Shown here piece after piece: positions 58,030 through 64,000 of a DNA stretch of 64,000 nucleotides. Both the position numbers and the translations under genes were made by a program. The first letter of the stretch is position 1. Every line of letters starts with the position of its first letter. The notes beneath the pieces are model-generated. The model worked only from the letters and a program-made list of their open reading frames with translations, had not been told where the DNA came from and did no database searches. Source of the DNA: a bacterium (GTDB lineage: Bacteria > UBA8248); the NCBI GenBank assembly GCA_965207065.1, contig OZ242260.1, forward strand, positions 3,776,001 through 3,840,000. Reading direction: 5' to 3'.

Positions 58030-59457
58030 CTATATTCCCAGTCGTTTTTTCTCGGCCCGTATCTGGGCCCTCACGCTTCTCTTCGAAGCCCCGCCTGCGC
58101 TGCTTCTCGAACGCAGGGACTTCTGCAAATCCGTTTCCGCCAAATCGCCCACGTCGAGCATGGGGTCGGCCTCCTCCAGGTCCTCGGCGCTCAACGCCCC
58201 GAGCGCCACCCCTTTGTCGACCGCGATTCGCACGGCGCGCCCCGCCGCCTCATGCGCCTGGCGGAAGGGAACCCCCCGCCGCACCATGGCGTCCGCCAGG
58301 TCCGTCGCCGTCATGTAGCCGCCCTCTGCGGCTTGCGCCATCGCCTGCTTTTTAAACCGCATGGATTCGACCATGGGCGCCATGACCTCCAGTGAGGCCA
58401 GCAGCGTGTCCGCGGCGTCGAAGAGGGATTCCTTGTCCTCCTGCATATCGCGGTTATAGGTGAGCGGCAGCCCTTTCATCAACGTGAGCAGGGCGATGAG
58501 ATCACCGAAGACGCGCCCGCTCTTGCCCCGGACGATCTCGGCCACGTCGGGGTTTTTCTTCTGCGGCATGAGCGAGCTTCCCGTCGCGAAGGAATCCGCA
58601 AGCTCCACGAAACCGAACTCACCGCTCGCCCAGAGAATGACCTCCTCCCCCAGGCGGCTTAAGTGCATCATCGAAATAGCGGCGGCGGAAGCGAATTCGA
58701 GCGCGAAATCCCTGTCGCTCACCGCGTCCATGCTGTTCTCGGCGACGGAGGCGAACCCGAGCTTTTTCGCCACCATTTTTCTGTCTATCGGGTGGCTCGT
58801 GCCCGCAAGCGCTCCCGCGCCCAGCGGCAGGACGTTGACGCGTGCGCGCGCTTCGGCGAACCGCTCCCCGTCGCGCCTGAGCATCTGGGAATACGCGAGC
58901 AGATGATGCGCCAGCGAGACGGGCTGCGCGCGCTGTAAATGCGTGTAGCCTGGCATCACCGCCTCGACGTGCTCTTCCGCCTGCGCGAGCAGGGCGCGCC
59001 TCAGCTTCAGGAGCGCCTCCCCTATCTCATCTATCCGGTTCCTGAGCCAAAGCCTGAGTGAGGTGGCCACCTGGTCGTTCCGGCTCCGGGCCGTGTGCAG
59101 CCTGCCGCCGACGGCGCCGATTCGCTCCGTCAGCGCCGCCTCGACGTTCATGTGCACGTCTTCGAGTTCGGCCCGGAATTCGAACTTGCCCGCCTCCACT
59201 TCCTTGAATATAGCCTTGAGGCCGGTGACGATTTTCCGCGCATCCGCTTTCGTGATGACCCCCTGCGCTCCGAGCATCTCCGCGTGGGCGACCGAAGCCA
59301 GGACGTCATACGGCGCCAGGCGGTAGTCGAACGAGACGCTCTCGGTGAAGGCCTCCACGCGCGCATCCGTCCCCCCCCGGAACCTCCCGCCCCAGGGTTT
59401 CATGGTCTTCGTCTTCGGAGACTTCGCCACTCGCTTCGGCATCATCTTACTTCCCAT
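58030..59457 (-). CDS. argH: Argininosuccinate lyase
   Basis: WGGRF, EDVHM, RSRNDQV, PGYTHLQ, GSSLMPQKKNPD, YNRDMQEDK. Confidence 0.98.
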   Translation of the reverse strand: MGSKMMPKRVAKSPKTKTMKPWGGRFRGGTDARVEAFTESVSFDYRLAPYDVLASVAHAEMLGAQGVITKADARKIVTGLKAIFKEVEAGKFEFRAELEDVHMNVEAALTERIGAVGGRLHTARSRNDQVATSLRLWLRNRIDEIGEALLKLRRALLAQAEEHVEAVMPGYTHLQRAQPVSLAHHLLAYSQMLRRDGERFAEARARVNVLPLGAGALAGTSHPIDRKMVAKKLGFASVAENSMDAVSDRDFALEFASAAAISMMHLSRLGEEVILWASGEFGFVELADSFATGSSLMPQKKNPDVAEIVRGKSGRVFGDLIALLTLMKGLPLTYNRDMQEDKESLFDAADTLLASLEVMAPMVESMRFKKQAMAQAAEGGYMTATDLADAMVRRGVPFRQAHEAAGRAVRIAVDKGVALGALSAEDLEEADPMLDVGDLAETDLQKSLRSRSSAGGASKRSVRAQIRAEKKRLGI

Positions 59458-59659
59458 GTTGAACCACGGCGCGCCCCGGAAATTACGCTCAGGGGCGCAA
59501 AGAGAACTGCTTACACGATAGCATGCGGATAGGGCAACCGGGGGACCTGGAAATCAGGCGGAACCGCCCGAATCGCTTGCGGGCGAGCGCCGCATCTTCT
59601 AGGATGAGCCTTACATAGTTTTTTTCAAACCTTTCCGCTGCATTTTTGGGAAAACGTAT

Positions 59660-60940
59660 TTGGAACAAAGAAACCGTTTATTCTCACCCGGACAATGGAT
59701 TTTCATCGTCTCCGCATTTGTCCTCATGGGGCTCTTCTCGGGCCTTAATTTTCTATTCGGCGTATTCCTGAACCCCCTGGTGGACGAGTTCGCCTGGAAC
59801 CGATCGACGGCCTCGGCGGCGTATTCCCTCAACATGTTCATGATAGCGTTCTGCTCGATGATTGCGGGCGGCTTCTCCGATAAATTCGGGACGAGACCCG
59901 TGCTGATCGTCGGGATCCTGATCGCAGGCGGTTCGCTGCTCCTCTCTTTTTTCATCCAGAACCTGTGGCACTACTTCCTGTTCACCGGCGTGATGGCGGG
60001 CACGGGACGCGCGGCCATCGCAACGCCCGTGCAAGCCTTTATTCAGCGCAACCTGAACAGACACCGGGGGCTGGCCACCGGGCTTGCCGGCTCGGGCACG
60101 GGTCTCGGCATATTGATCCTGGCGCCCCTCACCGGCTTTTTCATCAGCAATCACGGATGGAGACTCTCCTATCTGTACCTGGGCGTCATATTTTTCGTTT
60201 TCGCCGTTCCCGCGGCGCTGTCCCTGAAGCCACAAAGACAATCCATGACGGGCGGCGACGGCTCCAAGCAATCCCCGGCCAGACAGGAAGAACCCGACCC
60301 GATTCTCCCCGAAGCGTCCATGGGAATGCGGGAAATACTCAAGCGCAGGCCGTTCTGGATGATCATTTCCAGTCACGCCACCGACTGCATGTGCCACTCG
60401 GTTCTCATCGTTCACCTGGTGCCCATCGCGATTGAGGCGGGCATACCGCACCTGCAGGCGGCGGGACTCGTGGGCGTCATGGGTCTGGGGACGCTCATCG
60501 GGCGAATCAGCATGGGCGTGCTCTCGGACCGAATCGGCTCGAAATGGGCGTTGTTCACCACGCTCACGACGCAGACACTGGCTGTTCCCTTCCTGTTCTG
60601 GATTGATTCCACCTACGCGTTCTATGCCGTCGCCCTGGTGGTCGGGGTCGGCATGGGAGGACACGGGACGATGTATCCCGTGGTCACGCGCGAATACTAT
60701 GGCCCCAAGAAAATAGGCCTCCTCTTCGGGGCCTTCATCACGGGCGCGAGTTCGGGAATGGCCACGGGCGGATTCATGGGCGGGCTGCTCCACGATCTGA
60801 GCGGTAATTACACGCTCTCCATCCTGTTCAGCTTCCTGACCGGGGTCGCCTCGCTGTTCTTCGTGCTCTCCTACCCTTCCAGAGAAAAACCGAGCAGGAA
60901 AGAGGAGGTGGCGCACCCCGCCGCACAACCCGCGGGTTGA
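59660..60940 (+). CDS. MFS transporter
   Basis: About 12 TM segments; GGFSDKFGTR and GVLSDRIGSK motif A. Confidence 0.92.
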   Translation: MEQRNRLFSPGQWIFIVSAFVLMGLFSGLNFLFGVFLNPLVDEFAWNRSTASAAYSLNMFMIAFCSMIAGGFSDKFGTRPVLIVGILIAGGSLLLSFFIQNLWHYFLFTGVMAGTGRAAIATPVQAFIQRNLNRHRGLATGLAGSGTGLGILILAPLTGFFISNHGWRLSYLYLGVIFFVFAVPAALSLKPQRQSMTGGDGSKQSPARQEEPDPILPEASMGMREILKRRPFWMIISSHATDCMCHSVLIVHLVPIAIEAGIPHLQAAGLVGVMGLGTLIGRISMGVLSDRIGSKWALFTTLTTQTLAVPFLFWIDSTYAFYAVALVVGVGMGGHGTMYPVVTREYYGPKKIGLLFGAFITGASSGMATGGFMGGLLHDLSGNYTLSILFSFLTGVASLFFVLSYPSREKPSRKEEVAHPAAQPAG

Positions 60941-61045
60941 GGCGCATTCGCGCAATCGCGGATGCGTGTTCTTGAGCCGGCAAGCGCCGGAATCGATCAG
61001 AAGCGCATTCACATCTTGTAGTGGGCCGTTGTTATGAACGGCTCA

Positions 61046-61249
61046 AGGTCGCGACCTCGGACAGGCACAGGGGCCTGTCCCTACGCAATACGCGATGGTT
61101 CCGTAGGGGCGGCCCCCCGTGGCCGCCCATGCGATCAACGTGTTCCATCATTTCGCATTCGGGATGTATGTCAGCCATATATGTCTGACATATTATGCGA
61201 CCCGTTTTGGGCTGCGGAAGGGCCGGGCCGCATAATATGCGGCCCCTAC
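61046..61249. repeat. Cluster of GTAG-family REP-like palindromes
   Basis: 61052-61085 identical to 51101-51134; 61165-61231 resembles the reverse complement of 4107-4179. Confidence 0.82.
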
Positions 61250-61292
61250 ACTCTCAAACGGCGCCGTCCGCTGGTGGATTCGGCGAGATACG

Positions 61293-61325
61293 ACACCGGG
61301 CCGCGTCTGAGACGCGGCCCGGTGT
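61293..61325. terminator. Long hairpin downstream of katG, probable terminator
   Basis: acaccgggccgcgtct-g-agacgcggcccggtgt. Confidence 0.6.
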
Positions 61326-61358
61326 TTCAGCCTGTTTTCCTCGTTTCCCGTTACCCGC

Positions 61359-63608
<2,250 letters not shown>

Positions 63609-63878
63609 TCACACCTACTTCGCCCGGCGCTTCCCGGAGAACAGCGGGCGATTCTGAGTAGCAAAGGAGAGCCGCGTCGTCAATCCGCGCCCGGTGGTAT
63701 TGCGGCGTTGTCGATGGGGCAGCCGAAGAAACGGGTTTCAGAGCCGGGCGGCGCCGTTGCGCCTCGTATTGCGCCTGTCGAGATGGCGGATGAACGGACT
63801 GCGTCCGCCCTCTCTTTGCCGCCTGCCACGGCGAAGAAGTTTACCCGAGGACGCATTCATGGGGGCCGAAAGATTTTT

Positions 63879-63907
63879 TTGACAATTCAGCCCTTCAAAC
63901 CTATTTT
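63879..63907 (+). promoter_or_regulatory. Sigma70-like promoter reading out of the window
   Basis: TTGACA-17 nt-TATTTT. Confidence 0.5.
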
Positions 63908-64000
63908 TATTATATAGGCGTGAGTTCAGCGCATCGAAGAACCATGAGGTCAGACCCCCATTCGGGGGAGAAAAAAGGAGCCAAAGCAACGATCGTCCCA

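Noticed and set aside
63918-64000. Structured RNA at the right edge
   Set aside because: Only short hairpins, truncated by the window; cannot be assigned.

Overview
Mostly chromosomal housekeeping and catabolic DNA from a GC-rich diderm bacterium. The argH-lysA-dapF...dapB-dapL-folK gene order suggests a Deltaproteobacteria/Nitrospinota-like lineage (inference only). The first ~4.5 kb is accessory: a DUF6088/AbiEii pair with a frameshifted toxin, an XRE-HTH gene plus a PcfJ-like gene flanked by two inverted AT-rich motif arrays, and a MITE. Recognisable genes include apbC, etfBA, pgk, a CBS/CGL pair, msrP, a DEAD-box helicase, HU, hisC, larEBC, a TPR-TPR-exbB-exbD-tonB operon, panC, folK, dapL/B/F, lysA, argH, an ECF sigma/anti-sigma/Spy cassette, an MFS transporter and katG. 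Many GTAG-type REP palindromes fill the intergenic spaces. The best leads are: (1) a deiodinase-like selenoprotein split by an in-frame UGA followed by a SECIS-like hairpin; (2) a SprT-like HExxH protein ending in a beta-clamp-binding-like motif; (3) larEBC translationally coupled to a MoaD/ThiS sulfur carrier; (4) a ferredoxin-transmembrane-extracytoplasmic fusion. I found no rRNA, tRNA, CRISPR array or transposase. All calls come from reading motifs by eye; no database searches were run.
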